NCBI GenBank assembly: GCA_965205505.1
Contig: CBDBHB010000006.1
Coordinates: 64,001 to 128,000, forward strand
From: Acidobacteriota bacterium
GTDB taxonomy: Bacteria > Acidobacteriota > UBA890 > WLXD01
Reading direction: 5' to 3'
DNA: 64,000 nucleotides
The notes under the pieces were generated by a model that searched no databases, was not told the origin of the DNA, and worked only from the letters and a program-made list of their open reading frames with translations. This document shows positions 40,744 to 50,012 of the stretch, in pieces (within the stretch, counting starts at the first letter, position 1; the number at the start of each line of letters is the position of its first letter). The translations under genes were made by a program, and so were the position numbers.

Positions 40744-40757
40744 GGCCTTCTCATAGA

Positions 40758-41033
40758 AGTGGCCTGAGTCAGGAATCCGTTGCATATTGTGGCGAGCGCG
40801 ACCGAGCCGGATCCCAGGAGGCGCGACGACAGCGATGCAATGAGCATCGTCGAGGAGCGCCGACGCCGGAGGCGGCCGGTCCCGCCACCACCCGGAAGGC
40901 TGGGCCGAGATAGGGGCAATCTCGGCGTTGCGATTCGTCGACGATCGGCGAGGATCGCCATTCTCATCGCGCCTTGAGCTTGCCCCTATCTCGGCCCAGC
41001 AATATGCAACGGATTCCTGACTCAGGACACTAG
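40758..41033. mobile_element. MITE-like element with 32-bp terminal inverted repeats
   Basis: 40758-40789 versus 41000-41031 match 31/32; internal perfect 21-bp IR 40899-40919/40980-41000; no credible coding capacity. Confidence 0.8.
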
Positions 41034-41076
41034 CCACTCATTTGCGCACAGGGTCTTGCGAGGCAATCAGGCTTGC

Positions 41077-41128
41077 TTGACAAGAATAGATAATTATTTA
41101 TATAAGTATTTCTATAATATTTTATCTA
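41077..41128 (+). promoter_or_regulatory. AT-rich promoter/operator of the padR-like operon
   Basis: TTGACA 41077-41082, TATAAG 41101-41106, TATAAT 41113-41118, IR TAGATAA/TTATCTA. Confidence 0.6.
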
Positions 41129-41140
41129 CCAAGGGTCCTG

Positions 41141-41728
41141 ATGAGCCTCGAACACATCCTGCTCGGCATGCTTCGCACCCCGGCGACGGGGTACGACCTC
41201 GGCAAGCAGTTCGCCGATGCCCCGGCCCACTTCTGGTTTGCCGAGCGTAGCCAGATCTACCCGACGCTCAAGCGCATGGAGTCGCAAGGTCTACTCCAAC
41301 GGCAAGAGGCGCCCTCGGAGCGGGGTCCGCGTCGCCAGGTATACGAGACCACGCCGGCCGGACGTGCGGCCTTGCGCCATTGGCTGCGCGGAGGTCCGAA
41401 GATAGGCCGCGAGCGCCTGGGCTACGTAGCACAGACGTTTTTCCTGGGAGAGCTCGGCGACTTCGAGGAGTCGTTACGCATCGTCAAGCAGATGCGCCGC
41501 GAGTGGGCGCAGAAAGTCGCCGCGCTCGAGCTGGCCGAGCTCCAGATGCACGAGGAGTGCGGTGATTGCTCGCGGCTCGACGCCGACGGTTTTCATTACT
41601 ACGCGGCGCTGCGCATGGGGCTACATACCCACCGAGCCCGGATTGGCTGGTGTGACGAAACCATCGAGCAGCTGAACGAACGGATCGCCGAGGCCAGTCC
41701 GCAGCCGGTCGGCGCGAAGGAGCGATGA
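41141..41728 (+). CDS. PadR family transcriptional regulator
   Basis: ILLGML...TGYDL...SQIYPTLKRME..G, Y.TT.AGR. Confidence 0.92.
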   Translation: MSLEHILLGMLRTPATGYDLGKQFADAPAHFWFAERSQIYPTLKRMESQGLLQRQEAPSERGPRRQVYETTPAGRAALRHWLRGGPKIGRERLGYVAQTFFLGELGDFEESLRIVKQMRREWAQKVAALELAELQMHEECGDCSRLDADGFHYYAALRMGLHTHRARIGWCDETIEQLNERIAEASPQPVGAKER

Positions 41729-42471
41729 TGGACGCATTTATTGGCACCCTACGATGGGTACACGTCGTCCTGGGGTTTGTAGGGCTTGCCGCCTGGTGGG
41801 TACCGATTCTCACCAAGAAGGGTGGTAAGCGCCACGTAGCCTTCGGTAAGGTCTTCGCCGTTTGCGCCTACGCAGTGGCAGGCAGCGCGATGATCACGCC
41901 GCCGCTGCGGATCGGTGGCGCGCTGGCGGCCGGCGCCTCGTTGGCCGAGAACACCGCGAGCTTCGGGTTCTTGATCTTCCTGTTCTATCTCGGCACCGTA
42001 GCGTTCGCTCTGACTCGCCACGCGATCCAGACGGTGCGTACACGGCGCGATCCCGACGCCATTCGCACGCCGTTCCATATTGCTTTGGGGATACTGCCGG
42101 CCGTAGGTAGCGTGGTGGTTGTGGCCTGGGCGTTGCTGTTGTGGTCGGGTGTGTCGATCATCATGCTGGCGTTGTCGCCGGTGGGCATCCTGACCAGCCT
42201 GCAGATCCTCCGGTATCTCTACCGGCGCCCGACGGCGCGGATGGCCTGGTTCTATGCCCACATGGGCTCCATGCTCGGCGCCGGGATCGCCTTCCACACG
42301 GCGTTCCTGGTGTTTGGCTCGAGGATCCTCTTCGATCTCTCGATCCTGGGGCAGTTCAACTGGGTGCCGTGGGTGGCACCGGGTATCGTCGGGACGATCG
42401 CCAACCGTTACTGGGAGACTTACTATCGGCGCAAGTTCGGCGACCTGCCGGTCGCCCGCGCCGAGGCATAG
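41725..42471 (+). CDS. DUF2306-like membrane protein
   Basis: Multiple TM helices, [13 protein letters not shown]....IA.HTAF. Confidence 0.65.
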   Translation: MMDAFIGTLRWVHVVLGFVGLAAWWVPILTKKGGKRHVAFGKVFAVCAYAVAGSAMITPPLRIGGALAAGASLAENTASFGFLIFLFYLGTVAFALTRHAIQTVRTRRDPDAIRTPFHIALGILPAVGSVVVVAWALLLWSGVSIIMLALSPVGILTSLQILRYLYRRPTARMAWFYAHMGSMLGAGIAFHTAFLVFGSRILFDLSILGQFNWVPWVAPGIVGTIANRYWETYYRRKFGDLPVARAEA

Positions 42472-42512
42472 ACGAGCGCCCGAGAGGCGTATCTCTCGAC
42501 GCTGCAAGTAAC

Positions 42513-45500
42513 ATGACAGCGATGGGAAACAATCGCACCGAGCCCTACAAGCCCGCACACCACGTGCGGGTGGTGACCGCCGCCTCGTTGTTCGATGGCC
42601 ACGACGTTGCCATCAACATCATGCGGCGCATCCTGCAAGCGTCCGGCGCCGAGGTGATCCACCTAGGACACAATCGTTCAGTCGCGGTGATCGTCGACTG
42701 CGCCATCCAGGAGGATGCCCAGGCCATCGCCGTGACCTCCTACCAGGGCGGCCACCTCGAGTACTTCAAGTACATGGTCGACTTGCTGCGCGATCGCGGT
42801 GCCGGCCATATCAAGGTCTTCTGCGGCGGTGGTGGCACCATTCATCCCGCCGAGATCGAAGAGCTGCACGAGTACGGCGTGGCGCGTGTCTACTCTCCGG
42901 ACGACGGGCGCACGCTCGGTCTGCAGGGGATGGTCAACGACCTGCTGCGGCAAAGCGACTTCCCGACGGTGGGGCCGACCTCGAACGGCCACCTCGCAGG
43001 ATTGGCTGACAGGAGTCCAAAGCTCATCGGCCAGCTCATCACCATGGTCGAGAACTACCCGGAGGCCGCCGGCGAGCTGCAGCCGGCGCTGCAGTCGATG
43101 GTCGAGGACCGCGCCGTGCCGGTGCTCGGTATCACCGGTCCCGGTGGCGCCGGAAAGTCCTCGCTGGTCGACGAGTTGGTGCGGCGCTTCTTGCTCGCGT
43201 CCGACGACACTACCGTTGCGGTGGTCTCGGTCGACCCTTCCAAGCGCCGCAGCGGAGGTGCGCTGCTGGGTGATCGCATCCGCATGAACGCGATCGACAG
43301 CGATCGCACCTACATGCGCTCCCTGGCGACACGCCAGTCCAACCTGGCGCTTTCCAAGCACGTGCGGCACGCGCTCGAGATCTGTCGCGCTGCCGGGTTC
43401 GATCTCATCATTCTGGAGACCTCCGGCATCGGGCAGTCAGACACCGAGATCACTGATCATGCCGATGTTTCGGTCTACGTGATGACGGCGGAGTACGGCG
43501 CTGCGACGCAGCTCGAGAAGATCGACATGCTCGACTTCGCCGACGTCATCGCGATCAACAAATTCGACAAGCGCGGCTCGCTCGATGCGTTGCGCGATGT
43601 CCGCAAGCAGTACAAGCGTAACCACGAGCTGTTCGAAACTCCCGACGAGGAGCTGCCTGTCTACGGCACCATCGCCTCGCAGTTCAACGACCCCGGCATG
43701 AACCGGCTGTATCGCGTGTTGATGAACAAGCTGGCGGGTAGAGGCAGCAAGCTGCCGCAGGTGGACCCGGAGGGGCTTGCCGCGATCGGCGACAAGGCGC
43801 TCATCATTCCTCCGGACCGCGTTCGCTACCTCGCCGAGATCGCCGAGGATAGCGACGCCTACGCCGCGTTCGTCGACGAGCAGGCGTCGATCGCCAGCAG
43901 CCTGTATCAACTGCACGGCGCCATCGAGCAGCTGCGCCCCGACGGCCCCGTCGCGACCGATCCCGTGCAGGAGCTTATCGACCGTCACGACGCCCTCGAG
44001 GAGCGGCTTGATGCGGGGTGCCGGCGCCTGCTGCGCGAGTGGCCCGCCACCCAGGAGCGCTACCGTGCCGACGTGCACCAGTACAAGGTGCGCGACGAGG
44101 TCATCGAGCGTTCGTTGTTCACCGAATCGCTATCCCACCTGCGAATCCCGAAGGTCTCGTTGCCCACCTACCGGGACTGGGGCGACGTGCTGCGCTGGCT
44201 GCTCATGGAGAACGTGCCTGGTGAGTTCCCCTTCGCTGCCGGAGTCTTCTCCCTCAAGCGCAACGAGACCGAAGATCCGGCGCGGATGTTCGCCGGCGAA
44301 GGGGGCCCGGAGCGCACCAACCACCGGTTTCACTACCTCTCCCACGGGATGCCGGCAAGGCGACTATCGACCGCATTCGATTCCGTCACCCTGTATGGGG
44401 AGGATCCCGACCCGCGCCCCGACATCTACGGCAAGGTCGGTAACTCCGGCGTGAGCATCTGTACCGTCGACGATGCCAAGAAGCTCTACTGCGGCTTCAA
44501 TCTGCTCGACTCGGCGACTTCCGTATCGATGACCATCAACGGCCCGGCGCCGATGTTGCTGGCGTTCTTCCTCAACGCCGCCATCGATCAGCAGTGCGAG
44601 ATACACATCAAGCGCGAGGGGCTCGGGGCTCAGGTCGAAGGCAAGATCGGTGAGATTTACGCCGCCAAGGGCGTCGCGCGCCCTGCCTATCAGGGGGAGC
44701 TGCCTGAGCACAACGACGGCCTGGGGTTGGCGCTTCTCGGCGTCAGCGGCGACCAGGTGCTGGACCGCGAGGTCTACGAGCGCATCAAGGCCGGTACCCT
44801 GCGCGGTGTCCGTGGCACGGTACAAGCCGACATCCTCAAGGAGGACCAGGCGCAGAATACCTGCATATTCTCGACCGAGTTCGCGCTGCGGATGATGGGC
44901 GACATCCAGCAGTACTTCATCGACCACGAGATACGTAATTTCTACTCGGTCTCGATCTCTGGCTATCACATGGCTGAAGCCGGAGCGAACCCGATCAGCC
45001 AGCTGGCGTTCACGCTCTCCAACGGCTTCACCTTCGTGGAGTACTACTTGTCGCGCGGCATGGCGATCGACGACTTCGCCCCCAACCTGTCGTTTTTCTT
45101 TTCCAACGGCATGGACCCCGAGTACTCGGTCATGGGGCGGGTGGCGCGGCGCATCTGGGCCAAGGCGATCAAGCGTAAGTACGGCGGCAACGCGCGCTCA
45201 CAGAAGCTCAAGTACCACATCCAGACGTCGGGCCGATCGCTGCACGCGCAGGAGATCGCCTTCAACGACATCCGCACCACGTTGCAGGCGCTCTACGCCA
45301 TCTACGATAACTGCAACTCGCTGCACACCAACGCCTACGACGAGGCGTTGACCACGCCCACCGCCGAGAGCGTGCGCCGGGCGCTGGCCATCCAGCTGAT
45401 CATCAACAAGGAGCTCGGCCTGGCGCGCAACGAGAACCCCCTGCAAGGGTCGTTCATCATCGATGAGCTCACCGATCTGGTCGAGCAGGCGGTGCTGCAG

Positions 45501-45911
45501 GAGTTCCGCAGCATCTCGGAGCGCGGCGGAGTGCTCGGTGCCATGGAGCGCATGTACCAGCGTTCCAAGATCCAGGAAGAGTCGCTGTACTACGAGACCC
45601 TCAAGCACACCGGCGAGCTACCGATCGTAGGGGTGAATACCTTCCTCGACGAGGATGGCTCGCCGACGATCATTCCCGACGACGTCTTCCGCTCCACCAC
45701 CGAGGAGAAGGAATACGCTATCGGCTCGCGGCAGGCGTTCCAGGAACGCAACCGCGACCGCGCCGGCGACGCGCTCGAGCACATGCAGCGCACTGCCGTG
45801 GAGAACGGCAACACCTTCGAGTCGCTGATGGAAGCCGCCAAGGTGTGCAGCCTGCGCCAGCTCACCGGGGCGATGTACGAGGTTGGTGGGCAGTACCGGC
45901 GGAACATGTAG
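42513..45911 (+). CDS. icmF: Fused isobutyryl-CoA mutase / MeaI GTPase
   Basis: B12-binding [29 protein letters not shown]-terminal GGQYRRNM. Confidence 0.95.
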   Translation: MTAMGNNRTEPYKPAHHVRVVTAASLFDGHDVAINIMRRILQASGAEVIHLGHNRSVAVIVDCAIQEDAQAIAVTSYQGGHLEYFKYMVDLLRDRGAGHIKVFCGGGGTIHPAEIEELHEYGVARVYSPDDGRTLGLQGMVNDLLRQSDFPTVGPTSNGHLAGLADRSPKLIGQLITMVENYPEAAGELQPALQSMVEDRAVPVLGITGPGGAGKSSLVDELVRRFLLASDDTTVAVVSVDPSKRRSGGALLGDRIRMNAIDSDRTYMRSLATRQSNLALSKHVRHALEICRAAGFDLIILETSGIGQSDTEITDHADVSVYVMTAEYGAATQLEKIDMLDFADVIAINKFDKRGSLDALRDVRKQYKRNHELFETPDEELPVYGTIASQFNDPGMNRLYRVLMNKLAGRGSKLPQVDPEGLAAIGDKALIIPPDRVRYLAEIAEDSDAYAAFVDEQASIASSLYQLHGAIEQLRPDGPVATDPVQELIDRHDALEERLDAGCRRLLREWPATQERYRADVHQYKVRDEVIERSLFTESLSHLRIPKVSLPTYRDWGDVLRWLLMENVPGEFPFAAGVFSLKRNETEDPARMFAGEGGPERTNHRFHYLSHGMPARRLSTAFDSVTLYGEDPDPRPDIYGKVGNSGVSICTVDDAKKLYCGFNLLDSATSVSMTINGPAPMLLAFFLNAAIDQQCEIHIKREGLGAQVEGKIGEIYAAKGVARPAYQGELPEHNDGLGLALLGVSGDQVLDREVYERIKAGTLRGVRGTVQADILKEDQAQNTCIFSTEFALRMMGDIQQYFIDHEIRNFYSVSISGYHMAEAGANPISQLAFTLSNGFTFVEYYLSRGMAIDDFAPNLSFFFSNGMDPEYSVMGRVARRIWAKAIKRKYGGNARSQKLKYHIQTSGRSLHAQEIAFNDIRTTLQALYAIYDNCNSLHTNAYDEALTTPTAESVRRALAIQLIINKELGLARNENPLQGSFIIDELTDLVEQAVLQEFRSISERGGVLGAMERMYQRSKIQEESLYYETLKHTGELPIVGVNTFLDEDGSPTIIPDDVFRSTTEEKEYAIGSRQAFQERNRDRAGDALEHMQRTAVENGNTFESLMEAAKVCSLRQLTGAMYEVGGQYRRNM

Positions 45912-45930
45912 ACGGCCGAAGTCCCAGCCC

Positions 45931-46680
45931 GTGAGTGAGCGCGTGCCAGAGCTACGGATTGTCTGCTTCAACGTGCGGGCCGGAGGATCGGTGGGCCACT
46001 GGCAGGAGATGATCGACCGGCTCGCCCCCGACTTCGCGCTGGTGCAGGAGACGCGCGATCCTCGGGAGTTCGCGAGGGCGTTGGCGGTTCCCCGCCGCCG
46101 GCTATTGTGGGCGCCGGTCGAGCACGGCAAGTGGGGCACAGCGATGCTGGTGCCGCGCCGGCCGCGTCGGCTGCTGCCGATCACGGGTTTTGAGGGCTGG
46201 GCGTTCGGAGCCGAGGTGACAGCGTGGCCGCGGCGGCCGCCGCTACACGTGTACAGCGTGCACATGCCGGCGCGGCGGATCAGCTACGTGCGCGAGGCCA
46301 ACGCGATGCTAGACGGCATCGTGTCGCAGTCGGCCGGTGCCGACCTGGTGATCGGGGGCGACTTCAATCTGACGGTGGCGCATCGAGCGGCGGGGGAATG
46401 GCGCGCCAACAGCCCCGCTGAGCAGCGCTTCCTGGAACGGACGGAGAGCGAGCTCGGGCTGATCAATACCTGGCGTGCATTGCACCCGCGGGTGCCGCTA
46501 CCACAGACGCTGCGCTGGACGCGTGACCCGATGACGCCGTACCACTGCGACGAGATCCTGGTGCCGGAACGCTGGGCTCCCTCGATACAGACCGCTGAGG
46601 TGCACGCCGGCGATGAATGGGACCGCCTCAGCGACCACAACCCGGTCAGCGTCGCCATCAGGCGCCCGCCGGTCAGGTAA
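45931..46680 (+). CDS. Endonuclease/exonuclease/phosphatase family protein
   Basis: FNV, LVQE, GGDFN, SDHNP. Confidence 0.88.
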   Translation: MSERVPELRIVCFNVRAGGSVGHWQEMIDRLAPDFALVQETRDPREFARALAVPRRRLLWAPVEHGKWGTAMLVPRRPRRLLPITGFEGWAFGAEVTAWPRRPPLHVYSVHMPARRISYVREANAMLDGIVSQSAGADLVIGGDFNLTVAHRAAGEWRANSPAEQRFLERTESELGLINTWRALHPRVPLPQTLRWTRDPMTPYHCDEILVPERWAPSIQTAEVHAGDEWDRLSDHNPVSVAIRRPPVR

Positions 46681-46842
46681 GGCGAACCCGCCCGGACGTG
46701 CTCTCGAGGGTCACGCTAACCCGGACGCTCTGGCCTGGCTCTCGATCAACCGTTGACAGTGCCCCGAGGTCGATGGAAGGATGCGAGGGCCACGGGATTG
46801 TACCCGTGAGTTCTGCTTCCGGACCGAGACGAGGAGGGAGCC

Positions 46843-47670
46843 ATGGAGGTCGATCGCAGAGCGTTTCTTGCCACACTGGGCGTCGGAGCGATGGAGCTCA
46901 TGTCGCCCGAGGACAAGGCCGAAGAGCTCGAGCACTACATGATGGAGCATCTCGATCACGCCGTCGCCGAGCGCGCCGGCGTCGAAGGTCCGGTGCTCTA
47001 TATGCCCGACGGCGAGGCGGTGGCGGTTGCCGAGCTCGAGCAGCAAGACGAGCTCCGGGCGCCGCGAGGTACGGGCAGCCTGTTCATGCCACGCGCCGAA
47101 GCGTTCGCCCCGATGTCGGACAAGCCGACGCTGGCAGAGTTCTTCGAGAAGCGCTTCGCACCCGCCAACCACGTGCTGCAGAGTGCTGCTCACGCGCTCA
47201 AGACCGGGCAGCCGGAGCATACGATCCTGGCGTGCCTACTCCATGACGTGGTGTTGAACCTGATCAAGGTCGACCACGGCTGGTGGGGCGCGCAGCTCAT
47301 GGAGCCGTACGTCGACGAGCGCATCAGCTGGGGCATCCGCTACCACGGCCCGCTGCGTTTCTACCCCGACGAGAGCGTCGGCTACGAGTATCCGGAGATG
47401 TATAACCGGATCTTCGGCGAGGACTACGTCCCCGAGCCGTACATCGCGGAGGCCTACGAGTACGCGCGGGCGCATCGCCTATACATGGATGCTCGCATGA
47501 TCACGGTCAACGATACCTACGCTTTCGACCGCAACGCGGAAGTGTCGATCGAACCGTTCATCGACATCATCGGACGCCATTTCAAGCAACCGAAGGAAGG
47601 ATTGGGGTACGACAACAGCCCGTCTGCCCACATGTGGCGCACGATCGCCTACCCGAACCGGCCGCTTTAG
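46843..47670 (+). CDS. HD-domain phosphohydrolase-like protein with twin-arginine-like N-terminus
   Basis: NHVLQSA...CLLHD...H...H pattern; DRRAFL; strong SD. Confidence 0.7.
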   Translation: MEVDRRAFLATLGVGAMELMSPEDKAEELEHYMMEHLDHAVAERAGVEGPVLYMPDGEAVAVAELEQQDELRAPRGTGSLFMPRAEAFAPMSDKPTLAEFFEKRFAPANHVLQSAAHALKTGQPEHTILACLLHDVVLNLIKVDHGWWGAQLMEPYVDERISWGIRYHGPLRFYPDESVGYEYPEMYNRIFGEDYVPEPYIAEAYEYARAHRLYMDARMITVNDTYAFDRNAEVSIEPFIDIIGRHFKQPKEGLGYDNSPSAHMWRTIAYPNRPL

Positions 47671-47784
47671 CACCCTGTTAGACACCTCGGGACGCTGGTC
47701 TGATATGCGGGGGTGCGGCCGGTGCCGCGCCTCTGTCTGACGGTGCGCCTGTGCCGACTCTGCAGGGCAGTGTGCACGTGCGGG

Positions 47785-48134
47785 AGGTATCGAGCGGTCG
47801 GACATTTCCGGTCTCTACCAGTACCCGTGGTGGTCAGTTCCCTCGCTGGTCGCGGGACGGAAGGGAGATTTACTACGCATCCGTCACAAGCCCAGGCATC
47901 CTCGTCGCGGAGGTGGCGATGGAGCCGTTTTCCGCATCCGGCCCTGTCGAAGTCTCGGACATCGTCATGCGTGCCGTGTCCAACTTCGATGTCACCGCCG
48001 ACGGCCAGAAGTTCCTCGTGACGGTGCCCGCTGGTAGCGATGAGACTGGGGGCACGGCACCCAGCACACGACTCAACGTCGTCCTCAACTGGTTCGAGGA
48101 GCTGAACCGGCTGGTGCCGACGGACGGCTCCTGA
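47785..48134 (+). pseudogene. C-terminal fragment of a Ser/Thr kinase-TolB(PD40) repeat protein
   Basis: PVS...GG.FPRWSRDGREIYY...FDVTADGQKFL...NVVLNWFEEL; no kinase domain upstream; left boundary approximate. Confidence 0.75.
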
Positions 48135-48184
48135 TGATCGGCAAGACACTCGGCCACTACGAGATCCTCGCCCCGCTCGGCGGC
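48134..48184 (+). pseudogene. N-terminal 17 codons of a second Ser/Thr kinase
   Basis: MIGKTLGHYEILAPLGG, broken at the Gly-rich loop. Confidence 0.7.
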
Positions 48185-48306
48185 GCCAGCTCACCGGGGC
48201 GATGTACGAGGTCGGGGGTCAGTACCGCCGCAACATGTAGCCCGCGACAATGGCTGCTCGCACCGTAGTGCGGATCGTCTGCTTCAACATGCGGGCCGGG
48301 GGATCG
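48183..48306 (+). repeat. Diverged duplicate of icmF 3' end plus start of the EEP gene
   Basis: 48183-48240 versus 45854-45911 match 53/58; 48271-48306 versus 45955-45990 match 33/36. Confidence 0.88.
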
Positions 48307-48342
48307 CCGCGCGCGTCGGCGAATTGCGGCAGGCCGCGTGGC

Positions 48343-49197
48343 CTACTGCACCAGAATCGTCAGGCTCTTCTTGGCGTTGCGACCAGCGCGATCGATGACA
48401 TTGAGGTCGACTTGGTCGCCGCTCGAAGCGACGTTCGTTGCCTTCAGCGTAACCGTCAGGGTCTTGCCCTGGACCTCGAAGTCGACGATCTCGAGGCTGG
48501 CGTCCTCCAGCACCGGGATCACATCGCCGCTGAAGCGCTTGCCGATGATCGTAAAGGTCTGCGTTTGTCCCGGGGCGATCGTGCCCGGCTCGATCGAGGT
48601 GAGCTTCGGCAGCCCAGCCTTCTTCTGCAGATGGTGATAGAGCGTTAGCGGCACCGTGGTGCCGCTGGGCGCCGTGTAGGTGCCCTGCAAGCGTGTGTTC
48701 TTCTTTACGAAGCTGCCGCTGAAGTTGCCGGCAGGGCCCGCGAACGCCGCGCCGTCGGCATCGGCGGTGGCGCTGGTCAGGGGGCCCCCCTGCACCGCCC
48801 GCGCGCCGAGGCCGCGCCGCAGGATCGACCCGAAACCGTCGAGGTCAAGCTTGCCGCGCGTCAGCCGGCCGCCGCTGGTAACGAAAGCCCCGATGTTCTG
48901 CGCCACACCGTCGATCGTCGCCAGCCCGGTCCACGGGCCATCGGGCTGGTTGGGGTCGTCGATACGCTTGAACTCGAGCGACCCCTGGCGACCGATGAAG
49001 CCGACCTCTTGCCAGGTGCCCTGGGCGGTGCCCTTGTTGGGCCTGAACTTCACGGTTGCTGTGAAGGTATCGATCCCCGGGCTGAAATTGTCGAGCGGGT
49101 CGTTTTTATGGCTCAGCTTGCCGCTGAATGTAGTGCCGTTGCTGGTGACGTCCTCGATCTTGAACGCCGGGAAAGTCTGTCCCTGGGCGGTGATCAC
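48343..49197 (-). CDS. Beta-rich protein with C-terminal IPT/TIG-like domain, possibly 5'-truncated
   Basis: G/T-rich composition, PKLTSIEP....GQT.TFTIIG.RF; no signal peptide; GTG overlaps the upstream stop. Confidence 0.55.
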   Translation of the reverse strand: MITAQGQTFPAFKIEDVTSNGTTFSGKLSHKNDPLDNFSPGIDTFTATVKFRPNKGTAQGTWQEVGFIGRQGSLEFKRIDDPNQPDGPWTGLATIDGVAQNIGAFVTSGGRLTRGKLDLDGFGSILRRGLGARAVQGGPLTSATADADGAAFAGPAGNFSGSFVKKNTRLQGTYTAPSGTTVPLTLYHHLQKKAGLPKLTSIEPGTIAPGQTQTFTIIGKRFSGDVIPVLEDASLEIVDFEVQGKTLTVTLKATNVASSGDQVDLNVIDRAGRNAKKSLTILVQ

Positions 49198-49718
49198 GCG
49201 GGGGGCAGCTCGCCGCCCTCGTGTGTCGCGATCGGCATGAAGCCGAGCCTGCGTGTGTGGAATCCGAAGGGGTTGTGCGGATCGTCGTCGATGGTATCGG
49301 TCACGAGATGCGTACAACCGGCGGCCAGCGTCTCATGCAATACAGCGCCCATCAGCGCCAGTACTACGGTGTGGCGTCGGCGCCACGCCGGCACGATGAG
49401 CAGGCGCCCGACCTCGGCGATGCGAGCGTCGTCGGGCACCTCCGTCAAGTCGACGCCCGGCAACGGTCGCAGCGCCGACGTGCCAGGATGGAACGTGCTG
49501 AGTTCGTAGCGGATGCGCACACAGCCGACGGGCTCGCTGCCGGCGAGCGCCATCAGCCAGACCGGGTCGTCGTGTTGGCCGACGTCCTCGGGGACCTCGC
49601 CATCCGCCGCCTCGACCCAGTGCTTCTCGCCCACGAGCACCTTCCGGACCACCTCGATGACCGCATTGCGCTCGCCATCCGTCCGTACACGCTCGACCGA
49701 CACCCTGGACCTCGGCAT
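49194..49718 (-). CDS. GNAT family acyltransferase (FeeM-like), possibly C-terminally truncated
   Basis: PVGCVRI, IAEVGRLLI.P.WR; SD GGAGG. Confidence 0.7.
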   Translation of the reverse strand: MPRSRVSVERVRTDGERNAVIEVVRKVLVGEKHWVEAADGEVPEDVGQHDDPVWLMALAGSEPVGCVRIRYELSTFHPGTSALRPLPGVDLTEVPDDARIAEVGRLLIVPAWRRRHTVVLALMGAVLHETLAAGCTHLVTDTIDDDPHNPFGFHTRRLGFMPIATHEGGELPPA

Positions 49719-49789
49719 GACCTCCGCTCCGCTGCGGGCAATCGTGACCACCCTGCACCATTATCGCGTGCGACGCCAGCGAGATCACT

Positions 49790-49818
49790 TTGACGCCGTT
49801 GCGAAGTTGCTCTATGTT
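49790..49818 (+). promoter_or_regulatory. Sigma-70-like promoter, copy 1
   Basis: TTGACG-17 nt-TATGTT. Confidence 0.55.
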
Positions 49819-49936
49819 GCCCGGCGCGATCCACAAGGGCATTTGACGAACCGGCAGACCGGGAGGCGGGCAACACGGCCGGTGCCGCTCCTCTGTCTGA
49901 CTGCGACCGTGTGGCCGACTCTGCAGTGCATTTTCT

Positions 49937-49965
49937 TTGACGACGTGGCCACGCTGCTCTATGTT
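49937..49965 (+). promoter_or_regulatory. Sigma-70-like promoter, copy 2 (dipeptidase operon)
   Basis: TTGACG-17 nt-TATGTT, about 48 bp before the ATG. Confidence 0.6.
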
Positions 49966-50012
49966 GCCGGACGCCAACCGCGAGAACACGAGGATCCGAC
50001 ACGAGGGCCTGC

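Larger units (their letters stand above)
39352..40759 (+). mobile_element. IS110 family element, IS1111-type
   Basis: Sub-terminal IRs ATGAGAAGGCC (39359-39369) and GGCCTTCTCAT (40744-40754); AG core at both ends; long right non-coding end. Confidence 0.88.

Noticed and set aside
39351-40757. TAGA as the IS core or target duplication
   Set aside because: An AG core fits better: it restores the MITE CTAGTG end, gives IS1111-like IR offsets and matches the putative guide loop
42141-42512. N-terminal extension of IcmF shown in the ORF track
   Set aside because: Overlaps the upstream membrane protein gene in another frame; IcmF homology starts after 42513
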